A stretch of DNA of 64,000 nt from the human T2T-CHM13v2.0 reference genome, Homo sapiens (GCF_009914755.1 NC_060936.1), one strand, 5' to 3'. Numbered from the stretch's first letter, positions 1 to 17,288 are shown. Program-made: numbers and translations. Notes: generated by a model not told the origin, from the sequence alone.

Positions 1-1031
1 CCAGCCTGATGAGCTCACCCTACATCCAGTGGGGGCCCAGTCACTCGGGACATGTCATGCCGTGGGGTCCCCACCATTCTTTCTCAGCTGGGGAGGAGGG
101 CAGGGGTCTCTGTCTGTCGGTTAAGCACAGATCCGGGATTCAGAACAACCCAGGTTCCCACCCAGGCTCTGCCACTCCATATCTGTGTGCAAGGGTCAAA
201 CCTCTGTGCCTCTGTTTTTTCACCTGCAAAATGGGGGTGATGATAATAGTGACGTTTAACTATCGAGTCAGGATTTAACTCAGTAATGTCTGAAATGTAC
301 TAACTCTAAAAGCAGACGCACAGGAGGCAATGGGCGACAGTGATTGTTTTTCTCCGTATTATTATTTTTAGCAAACTGCCTCATGCACTCACTGTTTAAT
401 ATCAAAACAATTTCTCAACCTATGACTCACTGAATTCCTTAATATCCTCAGTTTACCCTCATCTCGTGAAGAAGGCAGGGCTGAGACCCGAAAGCCCACA
501 CAGGGAAAACGACATGCCTAAAATTTTCTGCCTGTTGCGGACAGATCAAAGATTAGAACCCAAGCCGAAGAGGCCTCCAAGCCAAAGGAGGATTTGTAAA
601 TTCATTCTTCCAGCTGCATGGGAAGAGCAGGAAAGTCTAGATTTGGGGCTTTGAGTTTCAGACCAGACCTCCTGCCTGAGTGTAACATCTTTCAATAATT
701 ATCAGTATTAACAGTCATAATAATAATAGAAGCTACTATTCATGAACACTTCTATGGTAGTTTTCTCATCTGTAAAATGGGATAATACTGGTACTCTTAC
801 CTCACAGGATTGCTGGTGAGGGTTAAATGAATTCATATTTATAAAGCCCATAGAGCAGGGCCTGGCATATAGCAAACATTATGTAATTGATAACTCAAAA
901 TTGAAAATACAAGGAGAAAGAGAATTACCTCATGTATTCTTCATGGTACATCTGTGAGTTGGCTACTGTTATGTCCGTTTATAAGGAGGAAAACTAACAA
1001 CCTGGAGGTGCCTGGGAATAATGTTACTGCC

Positions 1032-1868
<837 letters not shown>

Positions 1869-2059
1869 ATCTCCCCAGAGGGCATTGAGGCTCTAGGAGC
1901 TTGGCCATCTTGTAAGTGGGGATTGCAACCCAGGGCCATCCTTCAAATCCACTGGGCTCCTGTCTCTCTCTTCCCTTTCTGCAGGTCCCCAGGGGAAAGG
2001 CAGGATACGACACGCTCTAGGGAAGGTATTTCCAGAGGGTGACCTGAGCCCTCAGCCAG

Positions 2060-2400
2060 GCTCGGGGTTATTAATAGCCAGGCCTTAGTGCCCCGCTCGG
2101 GGAGGGCGGCTCCAGCTCCTGGAGCAAGAGGAGGGCGGAGCTGAGCGGAGTGGCCAGGGGAGGAGAGAGTGTCCGGAGAGGCCGGCTGAACTTGGACGCG
2201 GCCCCTCCCAGCTCCCCCCACAGCCCAGCTGTTCCCTCCGCGGATTCTCCGGGGCTGGTTCATCACCTCCGAATATTCCTGTGACAGGAGACGCTTGCAA
2301 AACCCGCCTCCAGCCTCCAGCAGCAAATAAATAGAAGGCTTGCAGCCCAGAAGGAGCCAGAAGAAGTTTCTAGGCGCGCGTGCCCTGGGTTTATTAAGCT
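2060..2400 (+). promoter_or_regulatory. HSPB8: HSPB8 proximal promoter: MEF2 site, GC boxes, E-box, partial HSEs, TATA-like element
   Basis: TTATTAATAG at 2068-2077 (YTAWWWWTAR); GGGCGG near 2104 and 2133; CAGCTG 2226-2231; GAAtaTTC 2271-2278 and GAAgtTTC 2363-2370; AAATAAATA near 2325-2333; GC/CpG-enriched; no ATG between here and 2741. Confidence 0.7.
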
Positions 2401-2671
2401 CCTGGCTCCGCTCTAGACCTCAGCGGTTCTGGCTGCCAGCCTGGGCAGCCTGGGAAGCCTGGGAGGACGGTGGCTTGCCGGTCTGTCGTGAGGCAGTGCG
2501 GACGGGGACCCTCTGGGATTCTGCTGGATCTGCCCCGGGGGTTACCTTTGGGGGCTGGGACCCCAGTCGAGGGGACACAACCGTCCCTGGCAGTGGTTGG
2601 TTCTGCTTCTCCCTGCAGAAAAGCAGCATTTTCGGAAGCTGAAGAATAAGCTAGCCCAGCCACACCACCTT

Positions 2672-2726
2672 GTTGTGTGACCTTGGGCAGGTGGTTCTGT
2701 CTCTCTGAGCCTCTGTTTCTCTCTGA
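2672..2726 (+). mobile_element. MIR core fragment within the HSPB8 5' UTR
   Basis: tgtgtgaccttgggcaggt...ctctctgagcctctgtttc matches the MIR core. Confidence 0.65.
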
Positions 2727-2731
2727 GCTGA

Positions 2732-3151
<420 letters not shown>

Positions 3152-4566
3152 TAGCCCTCAGCCCTGGGAATAGCCAGAGAAAGTTTCCTGGGAGCTGACG
3201 TTGGGACAGTGTGACACAGGTGACCTCAGGGCTCAGGAATGCAGCCTGCAAAGTTATCTTTACGGAAAACTTCTCTCCCGGCTCCCAGCAGAGATCTTAA
3301 CCTGCCTGACTCAGCTATTGGGGCCTCTGGGTGCTCATCAATCATGGTACAGACAGGAAAATAGAAACCATGTTGGATATTTTGACAGAGGGCATTTAAT
3401 ATAAAGAATAGGTTAAGCAGATATCAAAGAATTAAAAAACAAAGAAGAAACGGGATTTTGTGCACTCCAGCATCATAACAGAGTCTAGAAGTGCACGTTA
3501 AGGCTGAACAATGATAGTGTTAATAACCGCAACTGGTTTCCGGTGAAACACCTCTCCTTGTCCCAGACAGGGAAACTGAGGCTTACCAGTAATTGTAGTA
3601 ACACTAACTGGTAACTCTGAGTGCTAACTATTCGCTCAGCACTTTGCTAACTGCTGTTGCCTATAATATCTCAGCTAATACCACAACCAGAGGAGGTGGG
3701 TACTGTTTATCTTCTTTTTTCAGATGAGGAAACTGAGGCACGGAGAGATTAAAGTAACTTGTTCAAGGCCACCAAGGAGTCAGACCCAGGTTGTCTGGGA
3801 ATTAGGAGGCCAGAAAGAAGAAGTGATGATTTACTGAGCACCTACTAGGTGCCAAGGGTGGGCTGACATTCTTATACTTCTCCAAAATCATCCTCAGTCC
3901 ACTCCAGGGTAGCAGGGTAGGCCCATCTTGCAGCTGAGGAGGCTGAGGCCTAGGTGGGACTCGTTCACAGTCATGCCATGAGTCAGCAATAGGAGTGGAG
4001 TAGGGACTGGGCCTATGCACAGCTTTAGGCCCAGGGCTCTCACTGCCGCATCCCACCCTGGGAGAAATAAACATACTAGGGGGAAAAATGAGAGAAGACA
4101 GGAAGCTCAGCCCCTGTGAAGCTGGGCAGTAGAAAAATCTTTCTTTTCCTTCCCTCCTGATTAACACTCCATTAAAAAGAATGTGTTCCCGGCAGAGGCT
4201 TGCCTTCCAGAAAATCAGTCAAAGCCATTGCAAACACAGGCTGGGCAGGAACAAGCCCCAGCAGCATTCAGGGGGAGTTTCAAGCCAGTCCTGGTAGAAT
4301 TATAAACATCAGAGGCTCCAGCGGGTGTGGTGGGCTGGGAGACACGCTGGGGCCACGTGCTGATGACAGGGTCAGCCAGATTTCTGAGTTGGCTGGGGAG
4401 CAGGGCATGAGTTCCGAAACTGGCTCCAACTTTAACCAGCAGGATGTGCAAATTACTTCACTTTGTGCTTCTGTTTTGTTTCCTCATCTGGAAATTAGGG
4501 TTCAAATGGTTATACCATAAGGATTGTTGTTTTAAGTGAGGTGATGCTGTAAAATGTGTACATACC

Positions 4567-5016
4567 TGTGAACCCAGAAAATCTGAGACAGATCTCAGTT
4601 CATTTAGGAAGTTTATTTTGCCGAGGTTGAGGACACTCCCATGACACAGCCTCAGGAAGTCCTCCTGTCACATGCCCAAGGTGGTCTGGGCACAGCTTAA
4701 TTTTATACATTTTAGAGAGACATGAGACATCAATCAATATATGTAAGAAGTACATTGGTTCGATCTAGAAATGCAGGACAACTTGAAGCAGGGAGGGGTT
4801 TTCCAGGTCACAGGTAGGTGAGAGACAAATGGTCGCATTCTTTTGAGTTTCTGATTAGCCTTTCCAAAGGAGACAAACAGATAATGCATCTATGTCAGTG
4901 AGCAGAGGGCTGCCTTTGAATAGAATGGGGGGTAGGTTGGCCCTAAACAGTTCCCAGCTTGACTTTTCCCTTTAGCTTAGTGATTTGGGGGCCCCAAGAT
5001 TTATTTTCCTTTCACA
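4567..5016 (-). mobile_element. Solo LTR MER4A1 (ERV1) in intron 1
   Basis: Reverse complement begins TGTGAAAGGAAAATAAATCTTGGGGCCCCCAAATCACTAAGCTAAAGGGAAAAGTCAAGC; TG...CA termini. Confidence 0.8.
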
Positions 5017-5726
5017 TTCTATGACCTGGAACACAAGGAATTAGTATTATTATTGTCGTCGTTATTGTTATAGTGTCAGGCATCCAGGAAGGCCCCAATA
5101 AATAATGAATAATAGATGCTCTTTGAAACCTGGGTTCAGATCCCAGCACTGCTGTTCACTAGCATGGCGGATGTGGACGAGAAAGTCTTCATCCCTCTGA
5201 GCCTCATTTCTCCTATTTGCAGAATGGAGACCATAATAATATCTGTCCTGTAAGGGTGTAGGAAAGATTAAACATATGCAGACTATCTATGATAATATAT
5301 GCGGAGTGTCTATAAAATGGAGCTAATAATAGTGCTTGCCTGGCACTCTGTAAACAGACCGATTATCACCATTCCTTCTGTCCTTGTTTTAATTAGGGTC
5401 TTAGATGCTTCTAGCCCAAGTCCAAGGGTCGACTCCACCCTGTGGTCCCTCTAGGAGACCCTCTGTCCAGCCTGGAGGGTTTTTCACCATCCTCTTTTGT
5501 AGGTGCTTCATAACAGGTGGGGTCTGGCAGCTCCATGTTGAGATCTCAGCTAAGTATCTTACTAATCCAGAGGCTTTGGGTGAGTCATGCAGTCTCAATT
5601 TCCACGTCTGTAAAATGGGGTCATTGGGAGCTTAAATAAGACAAAGACAAAGCTTTTCAGACATGCAATTAGTGACATCGGCTAGACAAAATCCAAATTC
5701 CCTGAGAGTCCATACAAGGGCTTTCA

Positions 5727-6104
<378 letters not shown>

Positions 6105-8595
6105 TCAAGGGAAGTTGGAAGTCAGATCCAGTTTCCCACCCTATACCACAAAATGACAAATCCGTTCCTCCACAAGCACATGCTAAAGGCCTACATGTGG
6201 TGGCTCAGTGGTTCCTCACAAGGACCTCCTAGGAAGTGTGGGTAGGTTTGTTAACCCCATTATACAGATAAGGAAGCCGAGGCCCAGAGAAAGTAACTCA
6301 CCTGAGATTACCCACTTCTCCCTGGCAGTGTCTGACATTCAATGTCAGGCCTCTCTGGCTGGTTCTGAGTCAGGATGGCTGGATCTACTTCTGGCGGTGT
6401 GGCCCTGAGCAAATCCCACAGCCTCTGGAGCCTCAGTTTTACTGTTGGTCTTATGAAGAGGTAGACAAGATCAGAATTTACCAATGTACTTCAAGCTGTT
6501 ACTAGGCATCTAGAAACAGGAGCAGGAGAGTTCAAGGTCTTGTATGGTGCCAGTAAAAACAAAATTATAAACAGGTCTTCTCACTGCAGGACTTATCAGA
6601 GCCTTTAAGTCACTAATGTAGTTTATGAATCTCTAAGAGGCAGCCCTATCTTATCTGACCACGTATGAGTGTCTCATTCAAGGAAGTGTTTGGAAAATGC
6701 TGGACTAGACAATTTCCAGCAAGCCTCAGATTCCCCTACCCCCATCCTGCAACCACCAGCCAAGAAATGTTCCCTTCATGGGCCACTGGGCCAGACCCTG
6801 GCTAAGATAGAGACTGGAAAGCCCCAAGGCCTTATTTCCACCCCTTCTCCTTAGTCCCAGGGACTCTGCCTTCCCTGGAAACAGCACTTTCTTTCTTTAG
6901 CTGGGCCAATAGTGTTCCACCTACATTTCTCTGAGGCATGTTGAAAAAAGCATGTCTGCAAGGGGTTTCTGACTTCTCCTAGCCTCTGGATGTATTTCTA
7001 AAAATCATAATAATTACTTTTTTCAGTTTACAAAAATAAAATGTCTTCATGATAAAATATGTAGTTAGGAAAGCAAAATAAGAAATTAAAAATCACTCAT
7101 AATCCTTAAGCTGCCCCAATCTAAGTAGGCAAATGATAAGCAAATTGAGTTTCAAGATGATCCTCCTAGCAACACTCTCTTTAAATGAGGTTAACCCCAC
7201 CTCCAGGCCCCTCTTTTGGAAATCTTGGAGCTTTCCCTGCTCAGAGATCCTCCCTTCCCTCACCCCAATACCCTATTTTCAGAGCAGACAGAGGCACCTA
7301 GTTTCTGAGGAGCAGTCTTTTCCCCAAACATCAAAATAAACCACAAGTGTTTACCTTCACATGGTACTTTTACAACTTCCAAAGCCATTCTGTGACTCGC
7401 TTTCATTTGCTTCCTACGGTAACCCGGTAAGATAGGTGTCGTCATTCCCATTTCAGAGAAGAATAAACTGAGGCTCAGAGAAACTTAGAGATGTGCCAGG
7501 AAATGTCAGAGTAGAGACTTAAGTCCAACACCCAATATTCCAGAACCTGTCTGCCTGCTTTTGAATCTTTGCACCAGTCACTTCCAAGCTGTGTGACCTT
7601 GGATACAGCACTTAACCTCTCTGAACTTCGGGTTTCCTATCTACAAAATGACAATAATGAAAATGCCTGCTTATATTATTATTTTACTATTATTATTTAA
7701 GGTTGTTGCAAAAATTAAAGGAGTTGATACAGATAAGGTGCTTAGAACAGTGGCTGACACCAAGGAAGCGCTATATTACTTGCTATTATTATTTATATTA
7801 TCAGTTTTTATTCCCAGGACACCAGCATGCAGGAGGATTCTAGGATGCAAAAGGGCTGAGTCAGAGGCACTGGCCTGTCCCCAGGGGAAGCAGGTCTCCC
7901 GGCGCCCTGGCTGTGGGGAGGGTACCAAAGAACAGACAGTGCTCTTCTGGGCACAGGCCTGTGCTAGAGCCAGGCAGTTGGTGGTCATGGAGTTGGCAGC
8001 ACAAGGTAGACTCTTTAAGCGGCCACACATTCACAGGATAGCATGTTCTGGTTAGCCAGACACTCCAGTTTAAAATGAATTTCTTTTGCTGAGAGCAATT
8101 TAGGAACATAGATTAAGCCTTAGAAATTCTGGAAGTTGCATTAGTCCTCAGTTAATCCTAAAGAAGTCATAGGGCGGCCTGGTGTGAGGTTCTAGCTACA
8201 AGAATGTTCAGGGCCACGAAGTTCTCGCCAACGTTGGAAACTCTTCAGCACCCCAAAGTAGGGGATTGGTTAAATTAGCTCTTATGTATTCCTCAATAGA
8301 ACACTGCAGCCATTAAAAATTATGTTGTCAAAGAATATTTGGTAATATGGAAAAGTAATTATAATGTGTTAGCAAGAGAGAAAAATAAGTTCCAAACATA
8401 ATGCAGAGAACTATCCCATTTGATAGAATACTGATATACATGGATACTATGTAACATTTACACATTTCTGAGAAACATAGAAAAGTCGGAACATATAAAA
8501 GATATTATTAATAGCTTCCGTGGGGTGACAGGATTATAAGTAGTTTTGATGGCTTTTTTTTTTAATTTTTTCTTTTGTTATTGTTGTTTTTTTAA

Positions 8596-9202
<607 letters not shown>

Positions 9203-10122
9203 ATTTTCTGCATTTTCTAACATACACATGCACTATCTTAAAGCACAAAAAAAGCTATTAACAAAGAAATAATTAAAAGTAATTAGCTATAAGTTGTCAG
9301 TTTAAAAAAATCTGGACTGCTATATTCAACAAAGTTGTTTACATTCTAGATTTCAAGGCCCCTCAGAAGCACCTCCCTGTGTAAATGAGGGTTCTTGCCT
9401 CCAGAAGGTGGCCCCACAAATGAGGAGTGAAAAGTAACAGCCGAATGGCCCCACTGTTGTACTAATCTTGTTTGTTTAAAGAGAAACTACAGACACTCTC
9501 TCTATTAAAGAAAAAAAGAATGAGGAGAGACCGAGAGAATTAGAATGTGCTATATACATTACAAGATCAAAACCAGTTTAGGCCCAAGTCTTCTTGTAAT
9601 TTCATCTTTTTCCTCCCTGAGGGGGTTGGGAAGCCCTCTCTTACCACAGGTTAAGAGGCGAGAGGTCTGGTGGAATTTCACATCCACAGTGCCCTTAGGA
9701 AAAGCTGGGTGTTTTTGGCAGATTGAAGCATTCTTTTTCCAGGCTGTGCTTTCACTACTGGGTACAGATAATGTGGCTTAAAGAGCTAATCGGGAGCTGG
9801 AACAGACAGAAATTCAAGAGCAGAGAGGCATCAGGACCTAGAACTTGGCCTAGACTCAGAGAGAGCTGATTCAAAGCTCAGAGCCACCAGGGACCTGCTG
9901 GGCGACCCTGGATCCATCACCAAGCCTCAGTTTCCATGTTGGAAACAAAGGGAGAACGACGTCTGGGCTCAGAGTTAGGAAAGCACTCTGTTAGCTATAA
10001 AGCAAGCTACATGGCAGAGTCGCCCTCAGCATGTGACCCCGCTTCAAGCCTGCCATCCAGTCTGGGATGTCAGACCCAGGGTTCTACTGGCAGGTTAGAG
10101 AAGAGGAGTCAGGTGGGAGACT

Positions 10123-10164
10123 TGGAAGATTTGGTACAACACATGGAAGATTTGGTACAACACA
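10123..10164. repeat. Perfect 21-bp tandem duplication
   Basis: TGGAAGATTTGGTACAACACA x2. Confidence 0.9.
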
Positions 10165-10427
10165 GAAGTTTCTGCGATTTCCTCAGACTAACCCTTAATT
10201 AACTACAAACCACGGTCTACGCCTCCTTTCCATCAATTATCTTATTTCACCTTCATAGCCAGCCTTGGAAGTGGACTTAGGTGGGTCTGTATGGCAGACA
10301 AGGTCCTTGAGGCTTAGATAACTAGAGTCTCTAGGGTAGGCCTAAGTCACACAGCAAGGCAGGTCCAGGGCCAGGATTTGAACCCAAGCCTCAGTCCTGA
10401 AGGATGCCCAAGGAACATAGATGCTGA

Positions 10428-10517
<90 letters not shown>

Positions 10518-10644
10518 TAAGTAACCTGGAGTCATGGAGCTCAGGGTGGGAGTGGAGGAGGGGGCACACCTGGGACCCATGATCTGGGGTCTCTCCCTCT
10601 TGGGCATCTCTCTTTTAAGACACCTCCTTGGGGCAGGGAATTGA

Positions 10645-11113
<469 letters not shown>

Positions 11114-11609
11114 TGAGGGTAAGCAAGACAATGACTTGTCCACAATCACACAGCCCCTACCCATGGGGCATAGCTGAGGGAGGACCCCTGTCACCATCCA
11201 GAAAGACCATCCCCTGATTCCCCAAATGCCCCAGCAGAATATCTTCCAGGCTGCTTGCTCAGCCTCTGCCCTGCCAGGAAAATGAGCACCTTCTCTAGGG
11301 CATCCACAAAAATGAAGTTGGAAAGTGTCCTGAGAACACTGCATACTACCCAGAGAGGTTTGGAGGCTGAGACACTGGGACACAGGAAGAGCTATTTTGC
11401 TGAGGGGAGTAGAAGGGATTCATGTTTAACAGGGAAAGGGAGCCTGGGGGAACCGTGAGAGCAGCCAAGGACAATCAGGCTGAGGCCATGAACCAAAGCC
11501 ACCACGAGCCCCTAGCTGGCAGTACCTATAGGGAGCAGAGTTGCACAGTGTGGTCACGATGGCTGCACTTAAACAACTGCCAGGTGCTTCATACATACCT
11601 TCTCCCTAA

Positions 11610-11975
<366 letters not shown>

Positions 11976-12728
11976 CCTAAACTCTTTTCCAAGCCATCGT
12001 TGCATTTAGCCTTTGCAGCAAAAGTGTGCATCGGAGAGGAGACATGACCCTCCTTGCAATACAGGGAAACTAAGTCTCCCACAGGTGAAAGGACATACCC
12101 AAGGTCTTTACAGCTAGAATTTAGAAGGGCCCAGAATAGATCCCTGACCTCTGAGTTCCATGCTCAGTCCTTGGGCAAGGAATGCTGTTTCCTCATCTGT
12201 GAAAGGGATGCTGATTCCAGCCTTGCAGAGTTCCTGGCTGAAAGTGACATAAGGTCATGGCCCAGCGTAGGTCCTCATAAGTGGGAGTTCATTATTACTA
12301 TTGTTATTGTTGACTCTTAACTTTTCCATCAGCCTTTGCAAAGAAATTCTGTGTGTGGAGAGATCACACTAGCTGAATTCTGAGGCTTCTTCCAGCTTGG
12401 GATTCTACATTCCTGTCTCTTCCCCCACATGTCCGTCCCTGGCCCTCCCACAGCCTCTGCAGTTCTTGGAAGCCTGTGGACACTTCCTGATAAGGCAAAC
12501 GCCAAACCATTTGTTCTTCGTGTTTGCTGGCTTGCCTGGCATCTCCGTGCCCCACACCTCTCCCTGGTTTAGCAAGCAGATTAAACATTGCTGAGGGAGA
12601 GGAAGGAAGGCAGGGGGTGGGGGGAAGCTGATGTCAAGGCTCAAATGAGGTCTCAGGGTGGAGTCACAAGCAGGGCATAGCTGTAAAAGGGACTGTGTAA
12701 GAAAGAAGTGAATTAATCATCTTAAAAG

Positions 12729-12730
<2 letters not shown>

Positions 12731-12772
<42 letters not shown>
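12731..12772. repeat. (GT)21 microsatellite
   Basis: Uninterrupted GT run. Confidence 0.95.
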
Positions 12773-12774
<2 letters not shown>

Positions 12775-12891
12775 TTCACATGCTCCAAGGCCTTAGGGGA
12801 GATAGCTTGCTGGAAGTAACCTGATGAGAAATGCCTGAAATTGCTCCAGGCTGGTGCTCAGCTGCTGAGCTGGGCTAGTTGTTAAAATATT

Positions 12892-13211
12892 CAGTGGTCC
12901 CCAACCTTTTTGGCACCAGGGACCAGTTTCGTAGAAGGCAATTTTTCCATGGACTGGGGAATGAAACTGTTCCACCTCAGATCATCGGGCATTAGATTCT
13001 CATAAGAAGCATGCAACCTAGATCCCTCGCATGCACAGTTCACAACAGGGTTCAAGCTCCTATGAGAATCTAATGCCACTGCTGATCTGACAGGAGGCGG
13101 AGCTCAGGCAGTAATGCTGGCTGAACTGCTGCTCACCTCCTGATGTGAAGCCTGGTTCCTAACAGGCCACAGATGGGTGCCGGTCCATGATCCGGGGGAT
13201 GGGGACCCCTG
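12892..13211. mobile_element. MER1B hAT-Charlie MITE
   Basis: Termini cagtggtccccaacctttttggcaccagggacc ... ggggacccctg; typical interior. Confidence 0.8.
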
Positions 13212-15804
13212 AATATTGGCTAGCTATTGCCCTGAGCCCTCCCTAGCCAACCCCAGTCACTCTGATCTTGTCCCCAGGACCCTCTAAACCTCTCCACCTT
13301 CCAACAACTAAAGGGTCCCAGGACCCTCCTCCATCACTATGACATGCACCCATCCCTTCTGAATGGTCAGTGCCCAGCTGCACTAGTTGTTAAATATTTT
13401 GAATCTCAGCTCCGGGTGCAGGGAGTCCTGGCTCCATGAGAAAGTGAGTGGGTAACTTGGGGCAACTTGCTTAACTGCTCTGACCTTCCATTCCCACATC
13501 CCTGCATGGAGGGGTTGTGATGGGAGTGAGAGGATGTGTATAACGCATTAAGCATGGAATACAGACTCAGGGCTTGGTCCATGGGAATTAATATTATGAA
13601 AAGGCTTCACAAGGCTGGACTCACACTCCAGCAGCTGGGACTCCTGGGAGCTCCTGGCTCTGCCCAGACTCTAGACACCTAGGAGTCGAACTGGGGTCTG
13701 GGACACCTCTGGACCAATCTCAGGAGTCCTCGTTGCCTCCTCTCCCAGGGAAAACTCCAGTCATTAGAGGACAGGGAGATTCCTTCAGCCAGGCTGAGAT
13801 CCTTGGAGATTTCCACCCAGGCAGGATGCTGCAGCTGTTTGCCTTAACCATGGCAAGGAAATTCATCTCAACACATCCATCTCTGTGTGAAAAGCCCCAT
13901 TTGGACTGAATAAGGAGGAGAGGGAGAGGTCTTGGGTCTCAGCTTTCAAAGTCCATGATCTTCCTATTTGGTTAGGGGAAACCAAATTACAGTCATTTGC
14001 AATACCGTCATTCACATCCCATCTTCACTATTTTTTGCCTTATATGCTTACATTGCTGTACCATGATTTACTAAAGGTTTTTTTTTCTTTTAGATCATCT
14101 CATTTTTGATAAAGTTAAATTCTTATCACTGAAATGTTCACTGAGGAAAGCGATCATGAAATAAATCCAATGAAAGCAAACTGTGGTTAAATTCTAACTA
14201 GATAATATTGCCTGCCTAAGGGCCTCAGCTCTCTCATTGTTAAAAAGGGAAGGTAGCAAGTGATAGAGGCTAAAGGCGTTAAAGGCATGTTAGTACTTAG
14301 CAGAGACATTCCTTCAGATGTAAGTAGAAGCACTGAAAGAGAACTGAAGAGGAATTACTTTCCCACCAAATGGGTTTAAATACAAGTCACTTGGTTAGAG
14401 ACCTTGGACTTGTCTATCTCTCTGAGTTTCAGTTTCCCCATAAGTAATATAAGAGCATTGTCATGGACAATCAGGAAGATCCTTTGGGGCCCTGATACTC
14501 TGTGGTTCAATGATCCTGCAATTTGTATGATACTCCATCTTGCTGTCAAGATGCCAACATGTAAGGTCAAAGACTGCAACGTAATTCTCACTCCACCCTA
14601 AGAGGTGGGTACTATTATTGCCCCCTTTTTTTCTGCAAAGAAACAGGTTCAAAGAGTCAAGATCACCAGCCCCATGTTGTGTGGTCAGGAAGAGTCAGAA
14701 TTTGAATGCACGTCAGCCTGCCTGCAAAACCCATGCTCTAGGCCATAGCCACCCTGTCACACTGTACCTGGTGTGCACTGGGTTGGTGTGCACATGGTTA
14801 AACAGTCAGCCCATCCCCAGCATTGGGAGGGAGGTCTAAACTTTTGACTTTGTCTCCGCTTCAAAAGCTTGACTTGGCAGCTTTCTAGTTCCCTCTTTTT
14901 CTTCCAAATGGGCTTCCCAGAAGCAGCCTTGTTCATCTCCATGGTTCCAATCTGGCAAGGAATCTCCTGGGTAGATACGGCTCATGTGGCTACAGGTTGT
15001 TGTACCCACAAAAAAAGAAAGAAAGAAAGAAAAAAAAAAAACTCCCCAGCCCCTCCAGAAGGAGTCCTGCCTATGATCAGGAATGGGCTTACCTCATGCC
15101 TTGGTTCTTTCATCAAGACCCTCGTATTTACAATAGGCAGAGCCAGCAGGGATCAGTGGAAAGATTTTGATTGAACTGCCGGTCCTTCCTGCCATAGTCC
15201 TTCTTTCAAATGTCTGGTGCTGGGGGAGGCAGGAGAGCATCATGGTCAGATACTCTGAGTTTGGAGACCAGGATTCCAATTCCATTTCCTATCTGCCATT
15301 TGCCAGCTGAGCAACCTTGGGCAAAGCAGTTCACTTCTCTGAGTCTCAATTTCCTCATCTGTAAGATGGGGATAGCAATGGAATCTGCCTGGTGGGATTA
15401 TTGTTAACACCAAAATGATATGATTCAGCTAAAGTACCTGGCACATAGAAAGTACTCAGAAGGTCATGGATTTCATGGTTAAAAAAAATAATGGCACCCC
15501 AATGAGATCACTAATATGTCCTCACAGTTTTAATAGTTTGTTGAAGAAACCAAATTCTCAATAGTCTCATTCACCCAAAGCAATCCAAAAATCATAAAAA
15601 TACCTTATTAGAAGTTGGACCAGATTTAGGTTTAGAAATTCCATCTTCGATGCTTTCTCACTTGTTGAGCTTGTCATTTGATTTCCCCCAAGTCTCTGTT
15701 TAGTGATCTGTAGAATGGGCATATTAATTCTTACCTCTTAATCATCCTCTTACAATACTCCAACCAAGTATTGTCTATAACTGAGTTTTAAGAACAAGAT
15801 AATT

Positions 15805-16099
15805 GGCTGGGCTCGGTGGCTCACGCCTGTTATCTCAGCACTTTGGGAGGCTGAGGTGGGTGGATCACAAGGTCAGGAGTTCGAGACCAGCCTGGCCAAC
15901 ATGGTGAAACCCCATCTCTACTAAAAATACAAAAATTAGCCAGGCATGGTGGTGGGTGTCTGTAATCCACACTACTCAGGAGGCTGAGGCAGGAGAATTG
16001 CTTGAACCTTGGGAGGCGGAACTTGCAGTGAACCAAGATCGCGCCACTGAACTCCAGCCTAGGTGACAGAGTGAGACTCTGTCCCAAAAAAATAAAAGG
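15805..16099 (+). mobile_element. AluS
   Basis: Full Alu; TSD AAGAACAAGATAAT. Confidence 0.92.
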
Positions 16100-16131
16100 A
16101 AGAACAAGATAATAATGATCTGCTAAGTGAT

Positions 16132-16498
16132 TGTATTAGTCTGTTTTCACACTGCTGATAAAGACATACCTGAGACTACATAATTGATATATATATGAAA
16201 AAAAGAGTTTTAATGGACTCACAGTTCCACATGGCTGGGGAGGCCTCACAATCATGGCAAAAGGTGAAAGGCACGTCTTACATGGCAGCAGACAAGAGAG
16301 AAAATGAGAACCAAGCAAAAAATCTTATAAAACCGTCAGATCTCGTGAGACTTATTCCCTACCATGAGAACAGTATGGAGGAAACTGCCCCCTACCCATG
16401 ATTCAATTATCTCCCATCAGGCCTCTCCCACAACGTATGGGAATTATGGGAGCTACAATTCAATATGAGATTTAGGTGGACACAGCCAAACCACATCA
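16132..16498 (-). mobile_element. THE1 (THE1B-like) solo LTR in intron 2
   Basis: tgtattagtctgttttcacactgctgataaagacatacc...cacagccaaaccacatca; 5-bp TSD gtgat/gagat. Confidence 0.85.
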
Positions 16499-17105
16499 GA
16501 GATACTTAGGGTATGAATAAAATCAAGGCTTATTTTGAATACCATCGAGTATGTTGCCATCTGAAATCTACATGTGGCCAGCTTGGCCCCTTTTATCCAC
16601 CAAGGTACCTAGTGCTTGCATCACCATTAATGCATTTTGTAGTGAAGCACTCTCCAGCAAGCACATGTCAGATGAAAATGTGTTGCCTGTTATGATAACA
16701 CCTTACTTGCGCTCTATAAAGGGATGGTAGTGGTGCCATTTCTGCTAGTAATTGTGGTCAGTAGTGGGTATTAAGGTGATGACTTCAACCTGGGACCAAA
16801 TATGTGGGCCACAGCTCTCTTTTAAGTTAAGAACTACTGTTCAAACAGCATTTTACCATTTGCAAAGCATACTCAGACTCTGAAGTTCAAATACTCTACA
16901 AGTTCAGTATTATTATCCTCATTTTGCAGATGAGAAAACAAGCTCAGAGCAACTGAATAATCTTCCCAAGACCACACAGCTAGAAAGGGGTAGAGCCAGG
17001 ATTCAAACCCAACATTGTATGTCCCCAAAGCCTAAGCTCTTATCAAAAATATTTCCTCTCAAGTGAATAAAAGAATGTTTAAGCAATATTAACAACAATA
17101 AATGA

Positions 17106-17288
<183 letters not shown>

